Positions 1-12,444 of a stretch of DNA of 64,000 nucleotides are shown here, piece by piece. Position 1 is the stretch's first letter; the number at the start of each line of letters is the position of its first letter. The notes under the pieces are model-generated. The model was not told where the DNA came from. It saw only the letters and a program-made list of their open reading frames with translations, and did not search any database. A program made the translations under genes and the position numbers. Origin of the DNA: Alloascoidea hylecoeti (Eukaryota); the NCBI GenBank assembly GCA_001600815.1, contig BCKZ01000037.1:1-64000 (forward strand). Direction: 5' to 3'.

Positions 1-3000
1 AATTTCAAGTTTTGGATAGGACTGCATAGTCCGTTGTGATTAAGAGAATTGATGCATATATTAACTATGAATATGCTTCACGGCAGCGGAATACATAGTA
101 TGTAAATACGGCATGAGGTTCAGTTTCGCATGTTAAGGAATAGAGCAGAACATATGTTGGCAGTACAGAGGGAATTATGTTAAATATCATGAGTGCCAAC
201 AGAGATTTGTAAGATATAGACGTTAACCTTACATACTAAATGAAGAATTTGAGACCATTAATTAAAAATGCTAGTTGTATCACAAGTCATTTATGACTCG
301 TTTATTGTTAGCGTGTTTTAAACTTTAAACCTCATTTTACTCATTTAAATAGCTTATGTTCGCCTCTTTCTAAAAATAATCATTCAATTAACTTCTTATC
401 CAATATACAACATAATACAAGTATATCACCATTTATTTATAGCTGCTCTACGAATCAAGTTCAGTAGTTGAGATAAATAAGATATAAATGTCTTTAGTAC
501 ATCCGGTCTAATTCTTCTTATTAAAATATAATACAATAGTGTCTCAATATATTTACAGCTGGTTTACGAATCAAGTTTAGCAGTTTAGACATATTGGGTA
601 TTAACGTGTTTAGTTTTAATAGAATTTGTGATGAAAGAACCTGAAGTTGTAAACGATCTTAATCCTATAAAAATATGATAACAAATCACTTTCATCTATT
701 TTAGGACATAGGACAAGTTGAATAATTGAATATTAATTGAAATGTAATATGTTTATTAGATAACCGGAATCAAAACCATGTGCTTCTCTTTTTAAGGGTA
801 TCAGATCAAAACCAGCAATTTCCGGGTCTATTTTCTCCGGGATTCAAAAAGAAGAAGAAAAAAATATACATTATATCTTTTTTAGTTCCATGTACTGAAT
901 ATATTTGTCGGCTCATTTTTCTATAAATCAGATTTGAAGAGTATAATTAGCTTAAAAGGCTATGTCTTCTATTAAATATAATTAAAAAAATTATAAGGAG
1001 GGTTTTAATGAATATAGCGTAAAATTGCCCATACTGTTCAGCCTAATTAACCCAATCAGGTATAAAGTTTTATAAAAAATAAAAGTTAGCCGAGTCAACA
1101 TGCATCACTCATAATTATGAGATATAGTCGAAGATATAGAGAAATGACTTTAAAATCAAGCGAAAACATTCGTATCTCCAATAAGAGCTGGATGAATCTC
1201 TATACAGGGTATGTGTTATACAGTAAAATTAGTTACCAGGCATGTTTTGAGTGTCTATTGGTCATTTTCCCTCGACTCTTTCCACCTTCTATCAGTCTGC
1301 TATAGCCCTTTCTTTTTCAGGCAGCCAATTTTCATCAAAACTAAACTCTTATAGGATTTTTAGGATTTATGATATTTTAGAATCCTTTCTAAAACTATTC
1401 TGAGACTTTTCCCTTTTAAGAAGTTCATCATCTAATATTGGATACCTATAGGATTATAGGTTTTTATGATGCTTTAGATTCTTCTCAAATCCCTATGAAC
1501 ACAATGGAATATAGTTTATATATTGGTGCGTTACTCGGTGATGCCAGGTCGGCAACACTCACAGGGTCATATCGATCATAACGTATTTTAACAGAATTTC
1601 TAAATGTTTATTTATATGTATTTATGTAATTGTTTATCTTTTACATATAAAGTTCTTATATGCATAATGAGAATAACTATGTCAGAGTTTCTAATTAGAA
1701 TCATCAGATATAGAAACATATACAATAAAAAAATAACCTTGTGAGAACCCACCATATTTATAGCAGCATTTATAAAGTTGGATTTGATAAATCAAAAAAT
1801 AGCGTATATATGTTTAAGTAAGTAAACACATTGTTTCTCAATGAAATGACATGATATGGAGCAATTCTAATCTGATATATTGCCATTACTTGCAACTATT
1901 CAAATATATTGATTTCATTCTTATAATCTATGTGAAATTTGAAAGTGTTCGAATTATTCACTGTAGGTAAATTCATAGGAAAAGATTTAAAAATAATTTT
2001 AAATTTATAAACCAGCTCCGGTACAACCCCACAATGCCCACATTAAGTAACTATCCCCTCTATTTATTTCAACCCTGAACAACCCATCTCATTCACATTT
2101 TATTTCTAACAATAGAAATAATTGCCTTATTCATAAACAATCATTAGTGGCTAAGTCTTAACCATGGAATATGCAGGGAGCATGCTTTTGTTGATGATGG
2201 TTACTTATTACAACATTTAAACATTATAATTTTAAAAAACTAAATCGATACATGGATCATCAAATGATGGGATGTCAAGTTTTTCATAATTGCAGGGTTT
2301 CATGATCATAGTCATTGGTTCGAGAATCGAGTGAGGAGTAAAAGAGTAACAATGTGATAGCAACAAAAATATATAATTGATTTTTAACCTGAATCATTGA
2401 TTAAAATATCTAACCAGAGCTTTTAACTTTGGATTGAAGAGAATGGCTAAGAGGGGGTTGATTTACTTGCATTTACTAGTACTGATGATGACATTGTGGA
2501 GTAAGATTTAAAAATTAAAAGTATAATAAAGCTTGAATGTCATACAAGCACTGAACAATTTGCGCTCAAAGCTATTTATACAAAAACTCTGAGTTTATAA
2601 TGTGTATGTTCATCACATCGAGTATTAATATATTCATAATGTCTTTTAAATGAAATATTATTTAGCCGAAAGAACGACCGCGACGTTTTACAGACGTAAA
2701 TGTTATCTAACTAACATAAAAATTGTCACTGATAAATCTATTCAATTAAACTACATAGAAATAAAGAAGTAAAAAGATGGAAGGTACAGAAATATATTGA
2801 GCAAATTATATGATTATTTCTGGGTTATGTTAGGTTGTTGCAGATGTTTTTCCTTTTCGTGCAGAATTGGGTTTAAATATACATAGTAATATACTAATGA
2901 TGTAAATCGGCACCGAAAATCGAAGGTGGATATTACCAAATATTAGAACAAAATAATTTAATATAAGCAATATAAAAACTAGTACGCTTTATGAACAGAG

Positions 3001-3228
3001 TTTAAAATTAAACATTTCATGGTTTCTTTTTTAAATTGTTACACCTTAAAAATGATAATTAATAGAAATGTCAAAAATTATAATTAGATCTAGTAGTTAG
3101 AAAGAATCCAAACTCAATTGAAATAAAGATAGAATCAGAAGAAAAAATTGGATAGCTCCGCTTCAGAACCTCTTTCCTTCCTAAAAACTCTTCGTTTTTT
3201 TGAAAAATTGGATTTCTAGATAATAGAT

Positions 3229-4452
3229 ATGCGTGTATCTTCAATCGGTGTTATCGACATGTCTCTTGATCTCGGTGTGATATCAAACGAATGCTCTTCT
3301 TGTAAATTAGCTAACACCAGTGAACATTGGCGCAACAAACCAACTCCTGGTCTCCCCAGTATGGAAGAGTCCCTGAATTTTTATGTTGAAACGGAGTACG
3401 GTGACGATATTTTACTATATCAGTTAAGAATGGAACAATCTAATAGCAGACCAGACCTCCAAACCATGGATCAACAGCCTGAAATAACGTGGGAGATGAG
3501 AGCTTGTCTGGTGGATTTCATCATGATAGCTCATTCTCATCTTCAATTGTCCAGCGAGTCATTCTTCTTAACCGTCAATATTATCGATCGATACTGCTCT
3601 CGTCAGATTGTAGATAGATCACTTTTCCAACTCCTGGGATGTTGCGCTCTGTTGTTAGCATTCAAATTCCACGATACAAACCTAAATCAGCCTTCCATCA
3701 AAGAACTTCAACAGCTGTGTGACAATTTCTACCCCAAGAAAAAATTCCTCGATACAGAATTAAAAATTTTGAAAATCCTAGAGTGGAATGTTGACTGCCC
3801 GACTGTGAACATATTTCTGGATTACTCAATCTATCAGTCAAAACATCATATGCAGAGATTGCAATTGAGAACTACAAGTGATGACTTTTTTATATCAAAT
3901 CACCAAATAATAAGGAGCATAGCCTATTATTTATGTGAAATATTTATGTTACACAGATCCTTTTTCAAATATCCCTTGTCCATAATTGCCTGTTGTGCTA
4001 ATGTTTTATCATTGGTTATCTTATCTGGATCAACCGATTTTCCACCATTATTATCTACCTTAGATGAAAATTCTTGCCTAAATGAACTCTTAACAATCTC
4101 AGAAACCCCTTCAGAAAATCTGAGAGCAAAATATTCCTCCGATTATAACTTTCGTGTTGCTAATATCGTTGAAGACTACTATCAACGTCTTTCAGATTAT
4201 ACCATAGAAGGATCTCAATATTATGGTACTTCTTTATCTTCAGAAGAGATGAGTTGGTATGATCAATGTATGTATGGATCTAATAATTACGAGTATGCAG
4301 GAGATACTGCTAATGGACACTCCTCGCAGTTTTACCAAAATTCGGAATATTCCTCTGTACCGAGAACATCTGACCCAGTGTCATATTTTTCCAACGCTAT
4401 CTATAAATCGAGTGCAACAATTTCAAGAATAATTCATGTGGGGATGTATTAA
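3229..4452 (+). CDS. G1-type cyclin (Cln3/Ccn1/Hgc1-like), divergent
   Basis: Cyclin box DQQPEITWEMRACLVDFI...FFLTVNIIDRYCSRQIV...FQLLGCCALLLAFKF...ELKILKILEWNVDCPT matches fungal G1 cyclins; Ser/Tyr-rich tail. Confidence 0.85.
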   Translation: MRVSSIGVIDMSLDLGVISNECSSCKLANTSEHWRNKPTPGLPSMEESLNFYVETEYGDDILLYQLRMEQSNSRPDLQTMDQQPEITWEMRACLVDFIMIAHSHLQLSSESFFLTVNIIDRYCSRQIVDRSLFQLLGCCALLLAFKFHDTNLNQPSIKELQQLCDNFYPKKKFLDTELKILKILEWNVDCPTVNIFLDYSIYQSKHHMQRLQLRTTSDDFFISNHQIIRSIAYYLCEIFMLHRSFFKYPLSIIACCANVLSLVILSGSTDFPPLLSTLDENSCLNELLTISETPSENLRAKYSSDYNFRVANIVEDYYQRLSDYTIEGSQYYGTSLSSEEMSWYDQCMYGSNNYEYAGDTANGHSSQFYQNSEYSSVPRTSDPVSYFSNAIYKSSATISRIIHVGMY

Positions 4453-5768
4453 ACACCATTTACTCCTCATGATTGAACGAACTAGAAAATTAAATGTGTC
4501 ATAATAAATGAAAATTTAAATGATTCTTATCGAAAACATTATTCGAATATTAATTCTAATAATTGTATAAAACTTATCAACAATTAAAAGATAGTAACGA
4601 ATTAGAAGAGAGAGGATTATTATTGCTAATAAACTGAAAATTTTGAAAGTTACAAAACCAAGATGCTATATTAGTTTTAACTTATATTTTATCATGATCA
4701 TTTAATTTTTAAAAAATTATTGGATTCATAAATATAATGGCATTGTGATCATCATAATGTTTTTGATTTATCTCTTTTTTTAAGAAAAACTCAGCTGCAG
4801 CAAAATCTTTCACATATATATCACTAATTGCTGTATAACTCAATAAAATATAAAACCAAGAAATAATAAAATGAAAATGGAAATACAATCAATCAAAGAA
4901 TTTATGTCAAGAGAATCGAAAACGTGATAATCAATAACTTAGCCAAGAATCAAGAACTCTCTTAAATGTCCAATTTCATGACCCTTCTGGTTTTCCGCTG
5001 CAATGGTAACCTGCCGTGGAGTAAGGATTTCGTTTACAGAGACTAAGAACTTGTTATTTTGAATTTGCTATTTCAAATCCGTGTACTCCGGAAGTTTTGA
5101 TTGTATTCACCCGGGTTTGCGTTTCCGACTTCATAATTAAAATAGCACTACTATTTATTTGTTATAATCAATTGATATTTTGCTTTACTTATAATTTTCT
5201 GATTCAGAAGTATATTCGGCTTTTCAGTTTCTATTTTGTTGCATTTTAATTTGTTCTATTTAATAACTTGAATTTTTATCAGAAAGAGATCAAATTTTCT
5301 TTTAAAACCTTTGAATCTTTCGCTGTATCATTTCCGTAAACAACAATTGAAATAATTTTAAAAATCCGATATTATTGTGACACTTAGACATTCATAAATA
5401 ATATTCATGGAAGAGAATCCTGTTTTTATAGATACATCTATATCGTGACGTGGTTTAGAGGAATGAGAATTAAAATTATGGGGTTGATGCTTTAAGCATC
5501 TAAACTGCATGTACGTATATCTCGGTCTGTGCTGTAGATTACCCACACGATTATAATTGGAAACAATCTCTTTTAGGATCTTGGGGAGTTTATATATATT
5601 CTGTTCAATGTATGTCAAACATATACTGTTTTACCTTAGTGTTTCAATAGTATTTTTTGCGTCCTTCGAGTGTTACGATTAGTATTCCCCAGTGAAGCTA
5701 AATTTACATCCAATACATATTTACTTTTTAAATAAATATTACAGTATCAAATAGTATTATATTATAGG

Positions 5769-6933
5769 CTATAAATTCACAATAATCTCCTCACCACTTT
5801 CCCCAAATGTCTCTAAATACTACAAACCTTTATTAATTCCCTCATCCAAACCTTAATTAAATAGTTTGCAGCATACAGGGTAAAATTTTCCTTCCCTCGG
5901 GTAGTGAATTTAATTAGTTTTGTTCCAAATGTAATATCTTCATGAAATGATTTTATTGAAACATCCTGCGAATCAATATCTGAAGAAACTTTATTTGGTT
6001 GTGACACCAAACAGGCAACTTTTTGTTTGGATTTATCAACCTTTATTTTGTTTTAATGCTTTTAAAACTAGTTCTGAAGTTTCTATTGAAACAATATCCA
6101 CAGCATGTGTTATAACTTCAGAAGAATTGAGCTTATATCTTCTAATATTTTTTTTGGATCATTGTCTGTCAATAATAATACCCAAGGGATTTGAGGTAGT
6201 CCTTATTCTTACAGTCAGAAACTGTAATTACCCTATGACCTGAAGCCACTATGAATTGGATCAGATACAAGCAACCCACACTTGAGCCAACCCATATCAG
6301 AATAGTATTTCCTCCACTTTCGATCTCAAGATTTAAATTTTCATTCACTGTATTTGACTCGTGATCTAAACTTAACAGCTTGAGATTATTGAAAATCGCA
6401 ACTCCAGTAGTAACTAGACCCACTCCAAGAGTTGTAGCTTCAAGAAAATCAATTCCTGAAGGAATTTTCCAAACAAGTCTATAATCTGCTGTTACATACT
6501 CTTGGAATGTACTTGTTTTAATATCTCAGTAACTTGTGCTGCAAATAAATACATTATCTCCAATTTCCAATCCTTTGTCTCCTTTTGAAATCTTTACTAT
6601 AGCCCCAGATCCTTCTCTTCCAATTATCCAGGGAGTTGAATGTATTCCGAGCCTATAACGAACACTTTTCCAATCAATAGGGTCTAGATCTACCAGCTGA
6701 ATTTTTATTAATACTTCATTTGGCTTTAAGTCTGGTATTGCATACTTATTTCTGACAATATAAGGACCTGATTTATTTTCCTGAATTAGAGCTCTTTGTA
6801 CCTGACCATTGCCATAATCATCACTAAAGTTAGCAAATTTATTCAATTTCTTTGAATTCGCTATTACCCAAGTTTGAGATTATATTTAATGTTACTGTTG
6901 AAAATAACGTGAGTCTTTAATATTTTCTGTCAT
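5769..6933 (-). pseudogene. MDR-family (zinc-type ADH/enoyl-reductase-like) oxidoreductase pseudogene
   Basis: PDLKPNEVLIK...LDPIDWKS...PWIIGREGSG; in-frame TGA at 6526-6528 (STSY*DIKTSTFQEY), continues LEATTLGVGLV...ILIWVGSSVG, then frameshifts; ends ...SGEEIIVNL* at 5769; 5' boundary approximate. Confidence 0.8.
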
Positions 6934-7586
6934 TGCATATTTATATTTAAATTTAGCTAAAGACCGCTTTCAAAATGCAACCAATTATATAACTTTTTAG
7001 ATAATCTCAATATCCTTTGTATTATCCTTAAATTTATCATCTTCAAGATCCTGGGTGGTATATATATTTTAATCAATTGTAATTTGTTCTTTTCTGATTT
7101 CGACTGCAGTCGCATACTATCTCGTATGATCACTTTAATTTTTTTTCTTTTTTTTATACTCTATCGATACAATCACCCAATATTTCGTTGATTTTAGTAT
7201 ATTAACAACACCAATCTAGAATAATTTTCATTCACACACATGAAATGGCGAAAGATTTACATCAATATGCATGATTTATCAGAAATATTAATATGTAGGC
7301 CTAATGACTTCCAAGTTCCAACCACCTTAACATAAGTGCCAGATCATGTTCAACCGAATATTTCAATCATTTTTATTATATTATAGCTGAAATGAGGGTT
7401 GTAACTTCCCATTATATGTCATATACGGATAAATTTCAATCATTCACAAAATCAAAAATAGTATACGAACTAAAGTTTAATGTAAATAATTATAGTGCAT
7501 GTATTATAAAGTTCTCCATTTCCTATGTATTTAATTATATAGCAGCTGGCCCCATAATAAAATACCACCATCTCATTGACACAAAA

Positions 7587-8628
7587 ATGGCATCTACTAC
7601 TAAAACTTCTCCAAAGAAACATCTTATCATTAATGCTTTCGCTATGGGATGTAGTGGTCTACAATCTCAAGGCCTTTGGAAATATCCAGATGATCGATCT
7701 AGATATTATAAGGATATTGATTATTGGGTAGATTTGGCTAAGTTGCTAGACAATGGAAAATTCAACTCTGTCTTTCTCGCTGATGTTTTAGGTAAGCTTA
7801 CCCATCTTCAACATGAAATCATCAATATTGATAATCATAAGTGGTTCAGTTTCATGTGCATCTTCAACTTCTGGTGTCAGTAAAGATTTTGGTGCTAAAC
7901 ATGCCGAGGTTATCTTTGTCATTTCTTTTTCCCCAGAAGATCTGAAACCAAAAGTGGAAGCCATTAGAAAAATTGCTGTTGAAAAGTGTGAAAGAGAATG
8001 TGATGCAATTAAGTTTGTTGCGTTAATTACAACTGCTATCAAAGAAACTAAAGAAGCAGCGAAGGCAAAATTCGAAGATTATAGACAGTACAAAGATCTT
8101 GAAGGCTCACAGGCACTTTTTAGAGGTTGGACTGGTATCAATTTATCTAAATATGGTGAAGAGGAATCATTAGGAAAAGTTTCCTCAAATTCTATGAGGG
8201 CTGCGGTTGAAAACTGGAGTAAAGCAGTTTCTGGACAAGGTGAATGGACTAGGAAGGTCATCGCTAAACAAATCACAGTTGGAAGTCATGGCCCTGTTAT
8301 TGGAACACCCAAATTTGTGGCAGATCAGCTCGAAATATGGGTTGATGTTGCAGATATTAATGGTTTTAATTTTACTTACGCTGTCACACCAAAAACATTT
8401 GAGGATATCGTTGAACTTTTGCTTCCAGAGTTGAGAAAAAGGGGTTTATCTTGGGGTGATTATGCCGTACCAGGTGGTACTTATAGAGAGAATATTACTG
8501 GAGTTGCAGGGCCAGCAGGAGGCTTTTTAAGACCTTCTCACCATGCACACAAATACAGATGGAAGGCTGGAATCGACCGAGAATCCTTTGAAGAATCTTT
8601 GCCGAATTCAAAATGCAATTCCATTTAA
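7587..8628 (+). pseudogene. NtaA/SnaA/DszA-family FMN-dependent (luciferase-like) monooxygenase with the central region missing
   Basis: N-terminus HLIINAFAMGCSGLQSQGLWKYPDDRS...YWVDLAKLLDNGKFNSVFLADVLG, GTAAGC donor at 7792, then ~60 nt later FGAKHAEVIFV...IGTPKFVADQLEIW...GFN...FEDIVELLLPELRKRGL...TYRE; about 150 or more central residues of the family are absent. Confidence 0.8.
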
Positions 8629-8800
8629 TATATTATATATCAGCTAATGCACTGGTTTCCACCAAGTATATTTAAGTATGATATTAAATATTAAGACTAT
8701 CGCTATTAAGGCTACTATTTGCATTTCTTAATGATAAACATTAAAGATAGTTAATGAATTCTGAGGCTATAGTTGGCATTCGCTGACAAAATGTAGCAAG

Positions 8801-9412
8801 CTTCATTGTGTCACACTTTATGGGGAAATATCAATCAAATCAACTGGAGAACAATTACCATGTTTATATGGTGGATTGGTGGCAATATTTGTACCAGCTA
8901 TATTAACCTTCGTTATAAATTTTATTAAGCCAAGTAAATTTGATTGGTCGAAGTTAAAACAAGCAAAACTAGTTAAAAAAGAAGATGATGAAGCTGATCC
9001 TCAAACAACTACCTCTGTATCTACTGAAATATCTGCAAACGAGAAAAAAGAACTTGAAACCGGAAAGATCAGTGAATACACTAGAACAGTAGATTCCAAT
9101 GAAGACGGAAATTCCAAAGATCAAACAAATATTGATATTAATACTGAGTTATCCGAAGAAGAGGAAGAATTGAAAATAATCAATTATTGGATAAAAATAG
9201 CATATGGATTTACTATTTTTGTTATATTTATTGCCATTACCTCTGTAGAGAGATTGGATATGGAAAAAGGCTTTTTTCCAGGTTGGGTCACTGTTGCTAT
9301 CTTTTGGATATATATGACATTTATAGCTGTGGTACTTTACCCACTTTGGGATGGTCTGGATTCTGTGGCAAAAGTTATTAAAGTGATATATGGTTCATTG
9401 GTGCGACAATAA
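8801..9412 (+). pseudogene. C-terminal fragment of a DUR3-like urea/polyamine sodium:solute symporter
   Basis: LYGEISIKSTGEQLPCLYGGLVAIFVPAILTFVINFIKPSKFDW...GWVTVAIFW...VLYPLWDG; no N-terminal part; the family motif reads LPLPL*RDWIWKKAFF in a shifted frame at ~9231-9278. Confidence 0.75.
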
Positions 9413-9993
9413 TCTATAATTTCATTTAATAGATTTAAATACAATGTTTCTTCTGGTGAACTTTCATAAGGATACGATGAAAATAAAAATAATCGCTATC
9501 AAGAATATCAGACGGATCGAAAACACAATAGTCAATGAGTTAACTAAAATCGAGAACATTCTCGGATATCTACAATCCTGACTCTCCTTTGTTCATAGAT
9601 CCAATCCAATGGTAACTTGTTGAAGATAAAAGAGATGGTATACGTAAGTTATAGACGGTCGACCAATAATTTGATATCCTGAGTTCTCTACACTACCAAA
9701 AAAAAAATAGGACCAAAATCTAGGCCACGTGATGCTCTAAATAATCGGTCGAGCTACTTCTTAACAAGTGACTGATGATTTTAAACAGCGGAGTCAAATT
9801 CTTAATCTATCCTTACTAGTGTAAACAGAGCCTATGTATTTAGTACATCATATGGCTAACCAAAGTAGAAACACTGCACTCTGTTTGAATATAAACACCC
9901 GTACACCCGCCCAAGTAAAATAATAATTAGTGTTTCAAAAACATCTTCTAAAGTTCCATCTTGAAAATTTAGTTTCTTTGTCATCTATATGGT

Positions 9994-12444
9994 ATGATTT
10001 CTCATTGCGTTTGCAGTCAACCTCTTTTTGCAAACCATCCCATTCGTGTGGAAGTAATCTATGAATCAACTCCTGTTTTTGCAGGCGAACCAGTCTGTAT
10101 AATTGTCAAGTTTAGACATAGTGGAAGTAGGCCACCTCCAAGTTCATCATCATCAAGTAGTTTTGTTAAAGGTCATAATAAGAGATATTCTTATCAAAAT
10201 ATAGAAATTGGTACGTTTTCGGCAAATAATGAAAGAAATGGTTCATATTCCACACCTGGTTCGAGAAGTTCAAGTTACATTGATTTACCTACTATACGAT
10301 CTCAAGATAGTAGCTTATATTATTCAGATAGTACTACAAATGCCCCTACAACGGCTTCTTATCCCAAGTTTGGCAAACTTCGGGAAATCGATGGAATGGG
10401 TACCGATGAAGAAACCGATAATATAAAAGAGAATAAGAAAATCACTGAAGAAGATAATAATAAAATTATCGAAGAAGAGAGTGAAAGCAATATTACAAAC
10501 AATGACAACGGTGGAGGTTGGTTCGGTCGAAGATTATCAATAAGTTTGTCCAACAGAGCTCGAGGCTTTTATCAATCTGATAGATCTCTAAGCATCGATA
10601 AAACCCCGCAGAATTTAAAAGCTCCCGAAACTTCAAAAACTCCTAAGGCATCTCCTAATAAATTGCAATATCAACATACGCGAGCTGCATCCAGTAGTTT
10701 TATACCTCTACATAGACCAACGCATAGCAATTCTTCGGTCGCTTCGTTTGCTTCTGTTGGTAACAATAGAAGAGACTCGGTGCCTAGTCCTTCCTTCAAC
10801 AATGTAATGAAATTTAGAGGAAACGCAACCGAGTCTTTACTGATGGGTAATGTACAATTATTTGGTTATTTAACAGTTAATGATGAAATAATGGACGAAG
10901 AAGAGTTTAACATAGTGAGAAAACGAAGCATAATAGGAGGGAAACTAGGAGGAATTCACGGTCTAGATGTATCGGCTAAAAGTGGAGGATTATTCAATGG
11001 TATAACAAGTGGAATCGGTAGCTTCTTTTCTGGTGATGATACCCATCAATATGCTAACACAACCGCCATGTTAAGAGATCGAGCAATTCCAATATTTTCT
11101 ACTCCACAATCTTTAATGTTTGGTGAATTAATGTTACAACCAGGAGAAGTTAAAAGTTATTTATATTCATGTGAATTGCCAAAAGATTTACCACCATCAT
11201 ATAAAGGTAAATCTTTTAGAATAATTTATCATATCGTCATTGGAATACAAAAAAGTGGGATTGGATCTATTCCAAAATTAAGAACATTATATTTCCCTAT
11301 TCGTGTTTTTCCTAATTTTGATCCAACTGGTAAAATGTTATGTTTTGATTTAAAACAACCTGCAATAAAATTAAAAGATGAAGCAATTATAAAACCACTG
11401 GTTGGTAGAAAATTAAGTTTCAAAAATTTACAAAAATCTGTTAAAAAACAAGTCAGTGAAAATAAATATGAAATAAATAAAAAAGCATTAATTGAGAGTT
11501 TAAAAGTATTAGCAGCAACCAACTTTAATGAAAGACATAATTTTATAGATCATTTAACTGTGGATGGTTTACCTGATAATTCAATTGATGAAACGATAAG
11601 TGAAGAACATGAAAACGAGAATGAAAATGGATTAATAATACCTGGAAATTTTAGAAGATTTGATGCTTTATCACCAATGACACTTGCATTTGCTTCATTT
11701 GACAAAGAAAGAAAAAATGGCGACGATGTATATTTAACGAATAACTATCATAACTGTCGTGACAATATCAGTACATTTATGGAACTTTCTGTTAATACTT
11801 CATCAAATGCTACTGCTGCTATAAACAATAATTTCCCTAGTATGAAAAACTTATATGTTTTATCAGGTAATGGTAAAACTCTAGCAATGTTAATTCTTTC
11901 AAAACCTTTCTTTAAAACTGGTGAAACAATACATGCATTTTTAAATTTTGAAGATACTAAATTACAGGCTTATGAAGTTACTGTAACACTTGAAACTTCT
12001 GAAATTATAAGTGATGAATTATTAAAAAATGTAGAAGATAATATTGATGATCGAACAAAAAAGATCATATCAAAAATAACCCTTCCAATAATAAGTGCTG
12101 AAACTTTACCTGTTTCAATAATCATACCATTAGTATCAACTCCTCAATTTTCTACATCATTACTTGAAGTCAAATGGTATCTTGGTTTTTCTTTTTACTT
12201 TTCAACAAAATCCTCCGCTTCACCAAGTAATGACTATAACGATGATGATGATAATGATAATGATCCTGAACAAATTTCAACTAATTTAAGGGAAGATATT
12301 TTTAAACAATCTCATATAGATCAAAAAGGATCATTGTATATCGGTGCCAATTCCCTTGAAATTAACGAAATGCATTGTCGAGTACCTTTACAAGTTATTC
12401 CAAGTAACCAAGATTTCGGTGGACTAATTCTTGGAAGAAATTAA
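9994..12444 (+). CDS. RGP1: Rgp1, subunit of the Ric1-Rgp1 GEF for Ypt6
   Basis: IRVEVIYESTPVFAGEPV, LLMGNVQLFG, IPIFSTPQSLMFGELMLQPGE...LPKDLPPSYKGK, STPQFSTSLLEVKWYL; exact start uncertain. Confidence 0.88.
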   Translation: MISHCVCSQPLFANHPIRVEVIYESTPVFAGEPVCIIVKFRHSGSRPPPSSSSSSSFVKGHNKRYSYQNIEIGTFSANNERNGSYSTPGSRSSSYIDLPTIRSQDSSLYYSDSTTNAPTTASYPKFGKLREIDGMGTDEETDNIKENKKITEEDNNKIIEEESESNITNNDNGGGWFGRRLSISLSNRARGFYQSDRSLSIDKTPQNLKAPETSKTPKASPNKLQYQHTRAASSSFIPLHRPTHSNSSVASFASVGNNRRDSVPSPSFNNVMKFRGNATESLLMGNVQLFGYLTVNDEIMDEEEFNIVRKRSIIGGKLGGIHGLDVSAKSGGLFNGITSGIGSFFSGDDTHQYANTTAMLRDRAIPIFSTPQSLMFGELMLQPGEVKSYLYSCELPKDLPPSYKGKSFRIIYHIVIGIQKSGIGSIPKLRTLYFPIRVFPNFDPTGKMLCFDLKQPAIKLKDEAIIKPLVGRKLSFKNLQKSVKKQVSENKYEINKKALIESLKVLAATNFNERHNFIDHLTVDGLPDNSIDETISEEHENENENGLIIPGNFRRFDALSPMTLAFASFDKERKNGDDVYLTNNYHNCRDNISTFMELSVNTSSNATAAINNNFPSMKNLYVLSGNGKTLAMLILSKPFFKTGETIHAFLNFEDTKLQAYEVTVTLETSEIISDELLKNVEDNIDDRTKKIISKITLPIISAETLPVSIIIPLVSTPQFSTSLLEVKWYLGFSFYFSTKSSASPSNDYNDDDDNDNDPEQISTNLREDIFKQSHIDQKGSLYIGANSLEINEMHCRVPLQVIPSNQDFGGLILGRN

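Noticed and set aside
6526..6528. In-frame TGA as readthrough or an alternative genetic code
   Set aside because: The same gene has further frameshifts, and TGA is a normal stop for SCC3 and GAS3
9991..10016. GTATGA...TTGCAG mini-intron at the RGP1 start
   Set aside because: Only ~25 nt, no branch point, and splicing would not give the RGP1 frame
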